The notes: generated by a model from the sequence alone, not told the origin. DNA of 64,000 nt from Selaginella moellendorffii (GCF_000143415.4 NW_003314305.1:495709-559708), one strand, 5' to 3'; counted from the first letter of the stretch, positions 11,870 through 25,857 are shown. A program made the numbers and translations.

Positions 11870-13270
11870 CAGACGGGGAGTACGTCCATGGGAACGCTGC
11901 CGGATGTGAGAGTTCACACTTTCACAACTCGATTGTTTCTCCACTTTGACCATATACCAAGCTTGCAGAATGATCGGAGCAAAACAACCATTTCTCATAT
12001 TTGCAATGCCATCCTTCTTGGAAACACAAGCTCCAGCTTGATATATCTCATCTCTGGTAGCAGTATTCTGGTTAAAGAGTTAAACATTCCAAACTTCAAG
12101 ACTTACCGATGTACATTCCACTCTCAAAACCGTAGCCAGAGTCCTTAATCCTTGAAGTCGTTGGAAGCCATGCTCGGTTTGAGTTTCATCAGAGTCATCA
12201 ATAGTCCTGCCGACACATTTAAGACAAAACAAAAAAGATGAAAGATAATTAATCAGAGCCACAAGGTTCCAAAAATGTGGAAAGAATAAGATTTACTTCA
12301 GCGTCAGCTAGTAAGCTCTCAAGATGATCATCATCGCCTCCAGCTAACCTTGGCGTTCCACTTTGATAATGCATTATCATTTCATAAACTTCATGAGGTG
12401 ATATAGCAACCCTTGGAGTAGTATTTTGTTTTATGATTTTGTAAAGGTCCAGCGTTAACGCTCCATGCACCATGATTCCTCCAGCTCTGTAAGAACTGCT
12501 TGGATACACAAGGAAACGCACTCATGAATTCAATAGAATTGTTGAGACTTACACTGCAGCGTCCAGTGATGTGTCAATAATCTCTTCCATGGCAGCACGC
12601 AAAGCATCCGGATCCAGGGATTTGTTGTCCCCAATCTTGTCACCAGCAATAGCAGTCGCCACTTCCTCAAGCACTCGAACAAATGGTTTCTTGCAACAAA
12701 ACAACTGTGGTTGTGTTTGCTGGGAAGGACATCAATCTTTCGCTGCTTACTTCTTAGATCGCAACAAGATATCACAAGATCGACAGACGAAGCTGGATAC
12801 ATGCCAAAAAATGCAGCTTTGATCCTGGCATTGATAATGTTGCGAACGTCCTTCTCGGTCCAGGCTAGAGCACTGTCTCCAGCAACGATTCGGATCAAGC
12901 TCTGGAAGAAGAGTCGCATAAACCGGAGCCACACATTCTCACGTTCGGCAGCATAAACTCCTCGCGAGGCAAGTACAACAGACCATGGATGTATTCCCCA
13001 TCTGGATACGTACCAGACGAGTCCTTTGAATACTTCGCAGAAAAGTAGTTCATCTTTTAAGCTTTTTGCTGAAGTTATACTTCTCGTTGGTACTGCAAGA
13101 GATCAATCAGAATGACAACCAAAAAGCTCAAAGGAAACACACAATCTACTCACCTTTGCTGCAAAAATATTGGAGCAAAACGAGCCTTCTTCATATTTGC
13201 AATGGCATCCTCCTTGGAAACACGAGCTGCAGCTTGATAAATCTTACCTCTTTAGCAAATTCTGGTTAAA
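11870..13270 (-). pseudogene. Rearranged remnants of an uncharacterised multi-exon gene
   Basis: Exon-like blocks with GT-AG borders (IMVHGALTLDLYKI...RLAGGDDDHLESLL; FFQSLIRIVAGD) also present at 47780-48880; no family recognised. Confidence 0.45.
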
Positions 13271-13714
13271 GAACAAACCAATTGGCATGCTAGCAAAAGC
13301 GAGTTCAAGTACTGATCTTGTTAATTTTGCACATGGTTGAAAGGTGAAGAGAAATGCAAAAGCTACGATGGACAAGGATGACTCGAAGGATAGTCATATA
13401 TAATATTATAGATATATATACATGGTCAAGAGACACGCCTCTAGCCTACACCTGGATCAGTGAAGTGGCACTATTGCCACCTAAGATCATGTTATAGAAA
13501 GTGTATACTTCGACAAAAGAGCTGTCCATTTCGACAGTGCTGGGCTTTGTGCACGAAACCACTATGCTGGTGAGCCACTACAATGTGTGGCCATTCCTCA
13601 ATTGCAAGTAATACTCCACACACTGCTTGGAGAACTTGTCTAGGACCAGCTTGGGAAGCTCTGGAAGCCAATGTTTCATGGCTAGCAGCTGTGTTTATTG
13701 CTCAAAGCCCCTTT

Positions 13715-15124
13715 TCATATAAGTTTGCATGGGTAAAAGATGGTAATTCCACACTTGCCTTTTGGGCAGCAAATGTGGAAGAACTTACATGGAGCCCAGT
13801 AACAGCAACATTCTTCTCCTGCCTTGCCTAGTTGCGTATAGCAGCGTTGCCTTGGCGGAGGCAGTGGTGGAGATGGTGAAGGTGGCGGTGGAGACGGTGA
13901 AGGTGGTGGTGGTGGTGGAGGAAAATGTGACGGAGGGGGCCCTAGCTCTGTGGGATAAAACACGTTTATGTAAATCCACACCGTCCACCAAAGATATTCG
14001 AATTGCGTTCTAGTTTCATGTATCCATTCTCCCCCCACTCAGTTCCCCACGAATTTTTTATGATCCAATATTTGTCTCCATTTTCGGAACCATAGCCCAC
14101 AACCAGCACTGATAAACTTCCAGATTCGGCACAGGGTCCTTTGTAAATCCCCTAGGACGGATTAGGCACGTCATTAGTCAATGTGATCATAGACTTGGAT
14201 TAGAACAAACTTACTCCAGCATAGCTCTTGAACTCGGCCTTTGAGCCATCGATAACAGCAGTCAGTGGCTGATTGCGTACTGCCTTCAACATGTTTCTTT
14301 CGATTGCTTTGTCTGTTCCTTCAATGCTCTCAAATTCTTTTAGAGAAACTTTGCCTTGTTTTTCCTGCAAATTCGCAAAGCTTCTAATAGCGGCATTGTA
14401 ATAAATTCATACCTTCTGCTTGCAAGCCCCAGCTTCCCCAACAAAGGGATAATCAGCTGCTGCTGCAATGCTATGAGTCCGTGCGTATTCGAAAGCGTCA
14501 CTGGGAAAGCCACTTCTGCATCCCTTGGCTTTCTTAGTGCAATCTAGAAACTCCTGCGCTGAAAAATTAGCTAGACCTCCAAAGAGTATCTTATTGAGAC
14601 TTGAGAGTGAGTCTCCTGTTGCAAAAGCCCAAGTACCTCCTGTAAGGAAAACTATTATTTAAAAAAGAAATTCATCAACATACCCAGACAGGATCCAACG
14701 TTTTTAATAGGAGTGATCGCACCCCTCTCCCTCCAGTCAAAAGATTCGAGACTTTTAGAGTCACCATCAGCAAAATCGTCTAGAAAGGATGTGGCTACAG
14801 GGAACCTAATGTCATTGACACCGAGGGACATTTTCGTTTCAAACTCGTCACTACTGATGTCTGAAATTGATTCAGGCCCAGGGTGTATGAGGACACAAGA
14901 CTGTTGGCATTGTGATCTAATACCATTTGGAGGTTTTTCTTGAAGATTTCATATCTTCTAGCCTCCTCCTCCTGGGATGAATACCCCTTGTTGTGATAGA
15001 GACGCCATCTATCAAAGAGTGGCCTCACAAGCTGCTCGGATGGGAGCTCCAGAGCTGAGAATTGGAACTGTTGAGTCACTTGCAAAACGAAAACCAGCAA
15101 AAGGAAGTAGGGGTAGGGAGCCAT
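13715..15124 (-). pseudogene. Papain-like (C1A) cysteine protease homologue with Pro-rich and Cys-rich (granulin-like) tail; catalytic residues replaced; two frameshifts
   Basis: Signal peptide, I29 prodomain (EEARRYEIFKKN..LGLNQF), [42 protein letters not shown]; 1-nt frameshifts near 14864 and 13975. Confidence 0.88.
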
Positions 15125-15189
15125 TTTGCAATGTGCACCGTTTTAGAGTAGAGGAATTTATATTGACTGTCTTCACTCACAGCAACAAA

Positions 15190-17315
15190 CTTAGTGGTTT
15201 ATCTTGGAGACAACGAGGATGATAACAACGTGTAGAGAGAAGTTGAATTGTATGTCTCATACACATGTTAAAAACGTGCGATATGAAAAAGTGTTAACAC
15301 TCCTAACTGGACAGAAGAAAAGCCTCTTACAAATTGATATGGCACCGAATCATCACCCACTTCTCTGAATAGCATTAATATGTATGTTATCACCCTAGTA
15401 CTAAGGTGATAACAACCTGTATATGTCTCATTGTAGGTACATTGCTGGTGAATAGTTGTCAAGGCATTATATAAGTTCCAAATAACAATTCTTGGGAGGG
15501 ACTACTACACAAATCTCTCTCTCTCTCTCTCATATCTTGTTGTACCCAATTAAAAAGTATAAGAAAATAATACATCTTGGAAAATAGTTTTACATTAGTA
15601 TATGAGAGATGTAATGGAATATTTTTATCACTCTTGGCCTTTCTAGTCTTGAGTTTGGAATGGTGTTTTAAAACAATAACGTTTTAGTCAAGCAGCTATT
15701 TTCTCAAGACATTATTCTATATTTTGTAGACAGCTTCACTACATTAAATCCATTTGACAAGCCATGCAATCACCTTGAAAAGATCTCTCTTTGTAAAGAA
15801 GTAAATATTTTTTATGTTGTGAATCCTTTAGGAGTAGTCACAAATGCTGTGAGTGAGGCGATTAGCCTCAAGATCATCCTTCAGCTCATCAGTTGTGGAC
15901 ACAATGTCATAATTAGTGGGTTATCTTGGAGACAACAAGGTTGAGCAATGTGTGTGGCTCAAGCTCAAAAGAAGTTGGTGTGTATGTCTTGTTATATTGA
16001 ATTAGAACATGCACTCATATAGTCCACTGTTGATAACCTAACTGAATAATAGGAAAAGGGTAAAAAAGTTTTTAAAAAATTCTATTTCAGGGAAATCTAA
16101 GGGAAATATAGATTCTGTGGCTGAAACAAGTGCTGATGGAAAATCCATGGAAGAATAAAATTAATTGCACAGCTTGAGTTTCGATATTTAAAATGCCAAA
16201 ACTAAAGGCCCAAATACTGTTCTTTGGAACTTATATACAATGGCTTGATGATTATTCACCAAAGATGTACGTGGATTAAGACATAACATTGTTATCACCC
16301 TAATACTGGTGGCTAGGTACTGGTGGCTAGATATGCTTTTTTATATGCAATCCTTGGTATAAAAAAATTTAGAAGTTTTGATTTGACATGATGTGCATAA
16401 TTCCTTTTCTAGGCATATGTTTTTTATATGCAATCCTTAGTATAGAAAAATATAAACAATTAGTTCTTTTATTCTCACATGGATTTTCCATTAACACTTG
16501 TTTCAGCCTACCCCTTAGATTTCCCTGCTATCCAGCCAAAAGTCAATTTGACAAGCCATGCAATCACATTAACATTATCTCTCTTTGTAAAGAAGCAAAA
16601 TATTCTTGATGTTGTCACAGATGCTGTGAGTGACGCAATTAGCCTCAAGGTCATCCTTCAATGTCACAATTAATGGTCTATCTTGGAGACAATGTGTGTG
16701 TGTGTCTCAGGCTCAAAAGAAGTTGGTGTATATGGCTTGTTATATTGAATTACAACATCCACTCATGTAGTCCGCTGTTGACAATCTAACTGAATAATTG
16801 GAAAAGGGTAAAACAACTTTAAAAAATAAACATCTTCTATTTGCTGGATAGCAAGGAAATCTGAGGTGAACATAGATTTTGTGGCCAAAACAAGTGCCAA
16901 TAGAAAATCCAAGGTGAGAAAAAACTAATTGCACAAATTGAAAGAGCTTGAGTTTTAAATTAAAACCTTTATATTTCTTTATATCAAGGATTGCATGTAT
17001 CTGGCCACCAGTACTAGGGTGATAACAATGTTTGTTTGTTTCAATGCACGTACATCTTTGGTGAATAGTTGTCAAGCCATTATATATAAAGCCTAAATAA
17101 CAGTACTTCGGAGGGACCTCCATGTGCACAAATCCTTTTCTAGGCACACTTTTTTTATATGCAATCCTTAGTATAAAAACATATAGAGGTTTTGATTTGA
17201 AACTCAACTCTTTCAACCTGTGTAATTATTTCTTTTATTCTCACATGGATTTTGCATCGACACTTGTTTTAGCCACAACATCTATGTTCCCCTCAAATTT
17301 TCCTGCTATCCAACA
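15190..17315. repeat. Mosaic of direct and inverted duplications of the LOX promoter/exon 1
   Basis: Exon-1 copies at ~15750-15895 and ~16470-16660; inverted copies at ~16085-16175 and 16841-17000; block 15900-16080 repeated at 16660-16830. Confidence 0.82.
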
Positions 17316-20298
17316 GAAAGTGAATCTGACAGGCCATGCAATCATCTTGAAAGGATCTCTCTTGGTAAAGAAGCAAAATAGTTTTGATATTGTGAATCCT
17401 TTGGGAGTAGTCACGGATGCTGTGAGTGAGGCAATTGGCCTCAAGGTCATCCTTCAGCTTATCAGCATCACTTCAACTTCAAGTGATGGAAGCTAGTACT
17501 AAAAAGCCCGAGGGGAAATGATCATTAATCTTTCGTTGTTTCCCTTGCAGAGCCTAAACTCAGCAAGCCCGCACGCATCGAGAACTGGACCCTCTCGTCA
17601 AGCTTGCTTGCAAAGGATGAAGTAAAGTATACCATAAACTTCGAAGTGGACGCTGATTTTGGTACCCCTGGGGCAGTCGTGGTTCAAAACAACCACAGCT
17701 CTGAGATCTATTTCGTCTCCCTGTCCGTCAGAATGCCCAGGGGAAGCAAAGTTCAGTTCCCCTGCAACTCGTGGGTGTACAGGAGCAGTGGCTTCGATTT
17801 GGTCCCAAAGCCAAATCGCATCTTCTTCAGCAACCACGTAAGGGATAGAATCTGTCTGAAAGCTTGCAAACAAACGTATACAACAATTTCTTGTTTCTCG
17901 CAGCTGTACCTGCCACAGGACACACCGCCGTCTCTAGTACCCTACCGCGAAGCCGACCTCAAGCAGCTCCAGGGCAATGGTACGGGCATCCGGCAACACT
18001 CGGAAAGGATTTACGACTACGACATTTACAATGACTTGGGAGGCATTGGGAGACCAAAGCTGGGGGGATCCAAGGAAATGCCATACCCGCGAAGGTGTCG
18101 TACGGGTCGCATTCAAGGCCTTCTGGGAGGTAACCCACAGTTCGATACATTTCTAATACTGTGCTTTTGATTGTGAAACCAACAGAGGAAACGTATCCAG
18201 GCGGTCAGAACCTATTTCCTATACCGTTTTTCTACATTCCCAGTGATGAGTATTACAGCTCGTCCAAGACCGCCAGCGTCCTTGTGCAGACCGTCAGGAG
18301 CTTCTCTCACACGTTTATTCCCACGCTAACATCGTTTGGAGGGCTCTTGGACAAATACTTTGATTCGTTTCAGGACGTAGAGAGCCTGTACGACCGCGGG
18401 TTTGACCTGTCGAAGCTGGCCTTGGGAGCAATCGAAGGGATAGACTCGCCGTTGGACATACTCAACGATCTGTCGACTGATCACACCAATAAGAGCTTGC
18501 TCAAGTTTCCCATTCCTGCAGTTCTAGAAAGTAAGCAATGCACCACTAACATGTCCACTTCTGTAAACTTCTCCGCCGTTGTCAGCTGATCGCCAGGCAT
18601 GGAGATCTGATCGGGAGTATGCGAGGCAACTGCTGGCTGGAACACATCCAATCTTGATACAATGCCTAACGGTAGACAACAATGGTGTTTCCATCACATT
18701 CTTAACATCGCCTTGTACTCAGGAATTCCCTCCAACCAGCGGCCTGGGTGATGAGTATGGCTCAAGGAAATCAACTGTAACAGAGGAACACATCTCTCGT
18801 TTCTTGGAGGGGACGACAGTGCAAGAGGTCTGAAGCGATCTCATCAGTGAAGTCACTTGTTACTTACATGTCTCTCGAGAGGATGCTTGCAGGCAGTCGC
18901 AAACAAAAAGCTGTTTTTGGTGGACCTTCACGACATCTTCATGCCTTACATTGAAAGGATCAACAAGATCCCAGACATCTACATGTATGCAACCAGGACA
19001 TTCCTGTTCCTCAGGGGGGATGGAACGCTCAAGCCCATCGCCATTGAGCTGAGCACTCCCAGTTCAAGGAGAGTCCTCGTCCCACCCGAAGAAGGAGAGA
19101 CCGACTATTTGTGGGAGCTCGCAAAAGCACACACAGCAGCAAACGATTCAGGAGCTCACCAGCTTGTTGGCCACTGGTATGGAGTGAGAAAAGTTTGCCC
19201 CGAACTGAGTATCACTAACTTAGGTATACAGGCTCAAGTGCCATGCATGTATGGAGCCGTTTATCATTGCGGCGCACAGGCAGCTGAGTGCCCTTCATCC
19301 GATCTTTGCCTTCCTGAAGCCACACATGAAGTACACATTGCAGATCAATGCACTTGATAGGCAACTACTTATTAGTGCGTCAGGAATTGCCGAGCAAGGC
19401 TTCACCCCGAAAATGTATTGCATGGAGTTGACGTCTCAGGCCTACAAGTCGTGGAAGTTTGCCATGGAAGGCCTCCTTGCAGACCTTATAAAAAGGTAAG
19501 GCCTTGCACTATACATCCTTCTAACATTGGTCTCTTCAAAACAGAGGGATGGCTGTTCCGGATCCTGCTGCAAAACACGGCATGAAGCTCGTCATTGAGG
19601 ATTATCCATATGCGGCAGATGGTCTCGAGATATGGTCTGCGCTGACGAAATGGACCCAGGAATATGTGGACGTACACTACAAAGACGATGCCACAGTTCA
19701 GAACGATGCCGAGCTCCAAGCTTGGTGGAGTGAGGTGGTGAACGTTGGGCATGGCGATCTGAAGGACGACCCGACATGGTTCAAGATGGACTCCAAACTG
19801 GGCCTGACGGTGGCACTGACAACTTTCATATGGATCACGACTGCAAACCATGCGGCTGTTAACTTCAGTCAATATGCATATGCTGGATTCATCCCAAATC
19901 GTCCCACTGCAACTTACTTGCCAGTTCCAGAAAAAGGATCCATGGAGCACCGAAAGCTTTTAAGAAATCCGGAAGAGTATTATTTCAAAGTGATATCAAA
20001 CAAGATGGAGTCGTTTGTAGTGATGAGCGCCATAGAGGTTTTATCAGGCCATGCTGACACCGAGGAATACATTGGGCAGCGACATATTGATATCTGGACC
20101 GACAACGAAGAGGCACTCGAGGCGTTTGACAGGTTTGCAGAAGATATCGACAAAGTTGGTGAGACCATCTTGAGCAGGAACAAAGATCCATCCTTCAAGA
20201 ACAGGCATGGCCCTGTAAAGGTCCCATATAAAGCACTCTACCCAACGTCTTCTAAAGGCATCACGGGACAGGGAGTGCCAAATAGCATTAGCATATGA
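17245..20298 (+). CDS. LOX: Lipoxygenase (PLAT + catalytic domain), multi-exon
   Basis: [48 protein letters not shown]|[23 protein letters not shown]-terminal VPNSISI; phase-consistent GT-AG introns. Confidence 0.95.
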
Positions 20299-20676
20299 AA
20301 GAAAAACCCAAAAACAATGTATAAAAAATGTTTACTTAAAAAATGCGAAAACACACTTTCAAGGGAAAAGACGCACAGAGGGTTATTTCTGGATCTCAAT
20401 CAAGTCAGAGAGTATGAGAAGTGTGAGCCTTAATACAACCTACTGGAGGAATACCTCTTGAGTTCTCCAGATTTGGCTGCTTGGCCTATGTGCATAGAAA
20501 TTGGATGTACATAAAAACTGATGTTGAATGCAGATTGCCTTCACAATAGAGCCAGTGGACTTGCTAATATATTCAATTTTTACTTGATAGAAAATCACAT
20601 ATTTTGAGATACCTTAAGAATTGGGCAAGCTGAATAATTTAATTTATAATATATTTTAATTGTTATATTTAAGTGT

Positions 20677-22786
20677 TGTGAGTGCATAGAATATGGAAAG
20701 GGAATATAGAAAATGTGCATATCAATTAGCCCAAAAACCCTAATTTATATGTAGAAGTGAGTGGTCCGGATTGAAATCAATTTGATGGCTACCAAAATCC
20801 CACTACGTTAATATTAGTATACAGCATTATAGCTATACATTTAGCCCTCATATCATCCCCTCCTCTCAGAATAATGAAAGACCATTAGGGTTCTTTTGTA
20901 GATGGGCCAGGATCTGGAGGAATGTCAGAAGGAGGAATTAGCAGATCTGTAGGTGGTAATAATTGCTCCTGATCCCTTTGTATGAAGCGTTTCAACCACT
21001 GCACAATCTTTGGAGGATCGGCCTTCTGGACGTCATGCCAAACCTCATAAACTTGTGGTCTAACTTGCCACAACACCTGATACAGTCCTTTCCACTTAGC
21101 AAGGACCCTTTTAGATAAACCATGTACAATAAGATGGGGAAAATAGACTAACACTAAGTCATCCATTTTGTATTCCGTAGGTGGACGATAATGGAAGTTG
21201 TAGCATTGTTGTTGTCACACTTGTATGTGGCCTAAGTGTTCGGCAGACTTTGCTCAAACAAGTGGAAGAATGCTTGTCAAATATTGATCCCACGACCTAG
21301 CATCGGCAGCTCATAACAATTGTAAAGGTAAACCCAACTCCATTAGTAATATTAAATTATGACCATATCGGCAAATAACCATCCTAATCCAAATGCTGAA
21401 AGTTCACTTTGAACGTTCGAATGAGCTGTTCCATTAGATTGTCTGATTGTGGATGATAAACACTCGTGAAGGTGTGGCATATCCCCAACCAAGATGTCAA
21501 AACATAAAATGCCTTAGCCATAGATGCAAGACTATTATCTAAAAGAATCCGCTCCTAGAATACCACTTGATTGAGGAGGAAGTATCCAACAGCAGTTGCA
21601 AAGGTGCTAGCAAGAGCACCAACTTCCACCCAACGAGTCAAGTAGTCAAAAACAATAATAACATACTCATTGCCAGTAGTTGACCATGGAAAAGGTCCTA
21701 TAAGATCAAACACCACCAACTTAAATGGACGGGAAATTACAATTGACTCCAACCGTCCTTTCATAGCACGAGGGAGAGTATTACAAGCTTGGCACCAAAT
21801 GTAGCTATGCACATACCGAATAATATCACATCATATCTCCAGCTAATAGAAAGACTTGTGCAGCTTCTTGGTTACACGATGATGTCCCATATGCCCACCT
21901 AAAACAGGAGAATCATGGTAGGTATGGAGAAACTACGGAATAAAGATAAAAGGCACCACCAGCTGTAAATGATCATTAGGATCCTTCCCCACAAAATAAA
22001 GAAGGCCATCTTCAAAGTAATATTGAGAATGTAAATGCCAGAAAGGCAAGTCATCAGTAAATGATGCAAGATTCTCAAACCCATCTCGAAGCCTTCGAAT
22101 CTATGGCTCAATCTTTTAAGCCTTGTGAACTTCATCAAAAGAAGGTAAATCTTTCTCTTCATCTTGTGGACACTAAATATCAACTACAACTATCAGTGAT
22201 AGCACAAAATCCTTATTTAGAAAATTCATAGATGCTAGAACAATAAGCTCGTTAGAAACATGAGAAGAAAGTGGAGAAGGAAGAGGAGCTTGAGAAAGGG
22301 CATTAACATCAGCCATAAAACTCCCTGGGTGATGAACCACATTAAAATTATATATATAAAGCTTCAAATCCCACCGAGCAGTATGACTAACTAGGTTCTT
22401 TCGCTTCAATAATGAAGTAATGGCAACATGATCACCTTTAAATAATGTCCAAGAACCATGTAAATATATATGAAGTTTCTCAAAACCTTAGACTACTGTT
22501 AAACACTCTTTCTCTGTCATGGAGTAGTTCACCTCCAATAGTTGTAATGTACGGTTTATATACACAATGGGATGGCGCTGACCAGGCACACTTGAGCTCT
22601 TTTGCAGCAACACACCTCCAAGACCAATATCAGAAGCATCCACGCGCAAAATAAAAGGTCGAGTGTAGTCAGGATATGCCAAAATTGGAGGAGTCGTCAA
22701 TAGCTCTTTAAAATCCATGAATATCTGCTCACAATCCGGAGATCAGATGAAAGACGACATTGATGACTTCAGCAATGCTTACAATG
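20677..22786 (-). mobile_element. Truncated short-LTR Ty3/Gypsy element (3' LTR 20677-20852, integrase and RNase H remnants)
   Basis: TG-start ~175-bp LTR shared with 58277-58452, adjacent polypurine tract, LTTPPILAYPDYTRPFILRVDASD, VFDLIGPFP; cut at 22786 by a nested LTR. Confidence 0.88.
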
Positions 22787-23471
22787 TGTAAGCCACAAAT
22801 TTTTCCTCTCCAATTTGCCAGCTTACCTCGTCTATCCGTCCAACACTGCCTTGGCTTTTGCTAAGTTCCCTTGCCAAGGTTCTCGCCTATGGTACCAGCT
22901 CCTACTTGGTCTCAACTACTCACTGCACGAGCAACGGAGTGTTAGCCATCCATCTACAGATTCCCAAATCACTCCCAATCCCCCTCCCCGGGTTAGACTG
23001 GACTTAAGGTTCGGCTACACTCCCCACAAGCACAAGCAGCCAAGCACACCAAGCTTCCAGGTTCCTAATATCCCTTGGTACCACAAGACTTGATCATGGG
23101 ACCCTCTAAATCCCAAGTCTTGAGTGCAACACTTGCTTCGGGACGTCGGGGCGAAACACTGTGGCCTAGCGGCCCGGTATGGGTACCTCTACCCCCCCAC
23201 TTCCATCCCGAAGGAAGGCCCAAGCCCCTAGACAGGGCGAGGACCAATGAGCCGCATGGTACTCAAGTGGGGCACCACTCCACATGAGCCGGGAGCACTG
23301 CAATCGGTTTCCCTTTCGGGAGTGGGAGTTGCTCTTGAGCACTTCCTTGGATGGCCCCTCCGGCACCAACCAAGTCCATGCTCACTCCCACCCAAGGCCC
23401 CTCGGTCCCAGTCTCAACCTCAAGTCGGTTTGGGAAGCCCTACTGGAGAGTCCCTTCAAAACTGGTTCCTG
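22787..23471 (-). mobile_element. Partial chromovirus LTR in inverted orientation (copy A)
   Basis: Reverse complement of the 3' ~690 bp of LTR 25858-27014, beginning tgtaagccacaaat. Confidence 0.9.
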
Positions 23472-23476
23472 GAAGT

Positions 23477-25857
23477 TGTAAGGAACCCACTCGCCGAGGT
23501 GTCGTAGGCTAAAGGAACCCTGAAAGCATGACCAAAATGACAAAGAGTTCATCGGATGGAACCAAGTCGAAGATCGAGTCCAAGACCGACTCTAGGACCG
23601 AGTTCGAGATAGAGTCCGGAATCGAGTCCGAGACCGACTCGGGGACCGAGTTCGAGTCCGAGTTCGAGACCGAGTTCAAGACGGAGTCCGAGATCCGAAA
23701 TCGGGTCCGAGACCGAGTCAGAGGTCGAGTCCGAGGTCGGGTCTGAGATCGGGTCCAAGATCGAGTCCGAGATCGAGTCCGAGACCAAATCCGAAGTCGG
23801 ATCCGAAATCGGGTCCGAGATCGAGCCAGAGACTAAGTCCAAATACTAATACGGGTCAAGGGGTGAAAGCCCAAAGCGTGCGTCTCCCAGGGGGGGGGGG
23901 GCTGCAGGGGGTTCCAAAAGTATAGTAGGGATAGTGAGGTCCAGGAACCAGTTTAGAAGGGACTCTCCAGTGGGGCTCCCAAACTGACTTGAGGTTGGGA
24001 CTGGGACCGAGGGGCCTTGGGTGGGAGTGAGGATGGACTTGGTTGGTGCCGGAGGGGCCATCCAAGGAAGTGCTCAAGAGCAACTCCCACTCCCGAAAGG
24101 GAAACCGATTGTGGTGCTCCCGGCTCATGTGGAGTGGTGCCCCACTTGAGTACCATGCGGCTCATTGGTCCTCGCCCTGTCTAGGGGCTTGGGCCTTCCT
24201 TCGGGATGGAAGTGGGGGGGTAGAGGTACCCATACCGGGCCGCTAGGCCACGGTGTTTCACCCCGACTGTAAGGAACCAACTCGCCGAGGTGTCGTAGGC
24301 TAAAGGAACCTCGAAAGCATGACCAAAATGACAAAGAGTTCATTGGATGGGACCAAGTCGAAGATCGAGTCCAAGACCGACTCTAGGACCGAGTTCGAAA
24401 TAGAGTCCGGAATCGAGTCCGAGACCGACTCGGGGACCGAGTCCGAGACTGAGTTCGAGACCGAGTTCGAGATGGAGTCCGAGATCCGAAATCGGGTCGG
24501 AGACCGAGTCAGAGGTCGAGTCCGAGGTCGGGTCTGAGATCGGGTCCAAGATCGAGTCCGAGATCGAGTCCGAACCCGAATCCGAAGTCGGATCCGAAAT
24601 CGGGTCCGAGATCGAGCCAGAGACTAAGTCCAAATACTAATACGGGTCAAGGGGTGAAAGCCCAAAGCGTGCGTCTCCCAGGGGGGGGGGGGGGGGGGGG
24701 CTGCAGGGGGTTCCAAAAGTATAGTAGGGATAGTGAGGTCCAGGAACCAGTTTAGAAGGGACTCTCCAGTGGGGCTCCCAAACTGACTTGAGGTTGGGAC
24801 TGGGACCGAGGGGCCTTGGGTGGGAGTGAGGATGGACTTGGTTGGTGCCGGAGGGGCCATCCAAGGAAGTGCTCAAGAGCAACTCCCACTCCCGAAAGGG
24901 AAACCGATTGTGGTGCTCCCGGCTCATGTGGAGTGGTGCCCCACTTGAGTACCATGCGGCTCATTGGTCCTCGCCCTGTCTAGGGGCTTGGGCCTTCCTT
25001 CGGGATGGAAGTGGGGGGGTAGAGGTACCCATACCGGGCCGCTAGGCCACGGTGTTTCACCCCGACTGTAAGGAACCAACTCGCCGAGGTGTCGTAGGCT
25101 AAAGGAACCCCGAAAGCATGACCAAAATGACAAAGAGTTCATCGGATGGGACCAAGTCGAAGATCGAGTCCAAGACCGACTCTAGGACCGAGTTCGAGAT
25201 AGAGTCCGGAATCGAGTCCGAGACCGACTCGGGGACCGAGTCCGAGACCGAGTTCGAGACCGAGTTCGAGATGGAGTCCGAAATCCGAAATCGGGTCGGA
25301 GACCGAGTCAGAGGTCGAGTCCGAGGTCGGGTTTGAGATCGGGTCCAAGATCGAGTCCGAGATCGAGTCCGAACCCGAATCCGAAGTCGGATCCGAAATC
25401 GGGTCCGAGATCGAGCCAGAGACTAAGTCCAAATACTAATACGGGTCAAGGGGTGAAAGCCCAAAGCGTGCGTCTCCCAGGGGGGGGGGGGCTGCAGGGG
25501 GTTCCAAAAGTATAGTAGGGATAGTGAGGTCCAGGAACCAGTTTAGAAGGGACTCTCCAGTGGGGCTCCCAAACTGACTTGAGGTTGGGACTGGGACCGA
25601 GGGGCCTTGGGTGGGAGTGAGGATGGACTTGGTTGGTGCCGGAGGGGCCATCCAAGGAAGTGCTCAAGAGCAACTCCCACTCCCGAAAGGGAAACCGATT
25701 GTGGTGCTCCCGGCTCATGTGGAGTGGTGCCCCACTTGAGTACCATGCGGCTCATTGGTCCTCGCCCTGTCTAGGGGCTTGGGCCTTCCTTCGGGATGGA
25801 AGTGGGGGGGTAGAGGTACCCATACCGGGCCGCTAGGCCACGGTGTTTCACCCCGAC
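23477..25857 (+). repeat. Three tandem ~790-bp copies of the 5' part of the chromovirus LTR (units start 23477, 24268, 25067)
   Basis: Each unit runs tgtaaggaacc...ccccgac; contains a GAG(T/A)(C/T)C hexamer array and a poly-G tract. Confidence 0.93.

Larger units (their letters stand above)
4410..12650. repeat. Left arm of large inverted segmental duplication (lectin - Tpt1 fragment - PPR - cupin - unknown gene remnants)
   Basis: Reverse complement of ~47780-54280, same gene order; ~5075-6935 is missing from the right arm. Confidence 0.92.
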
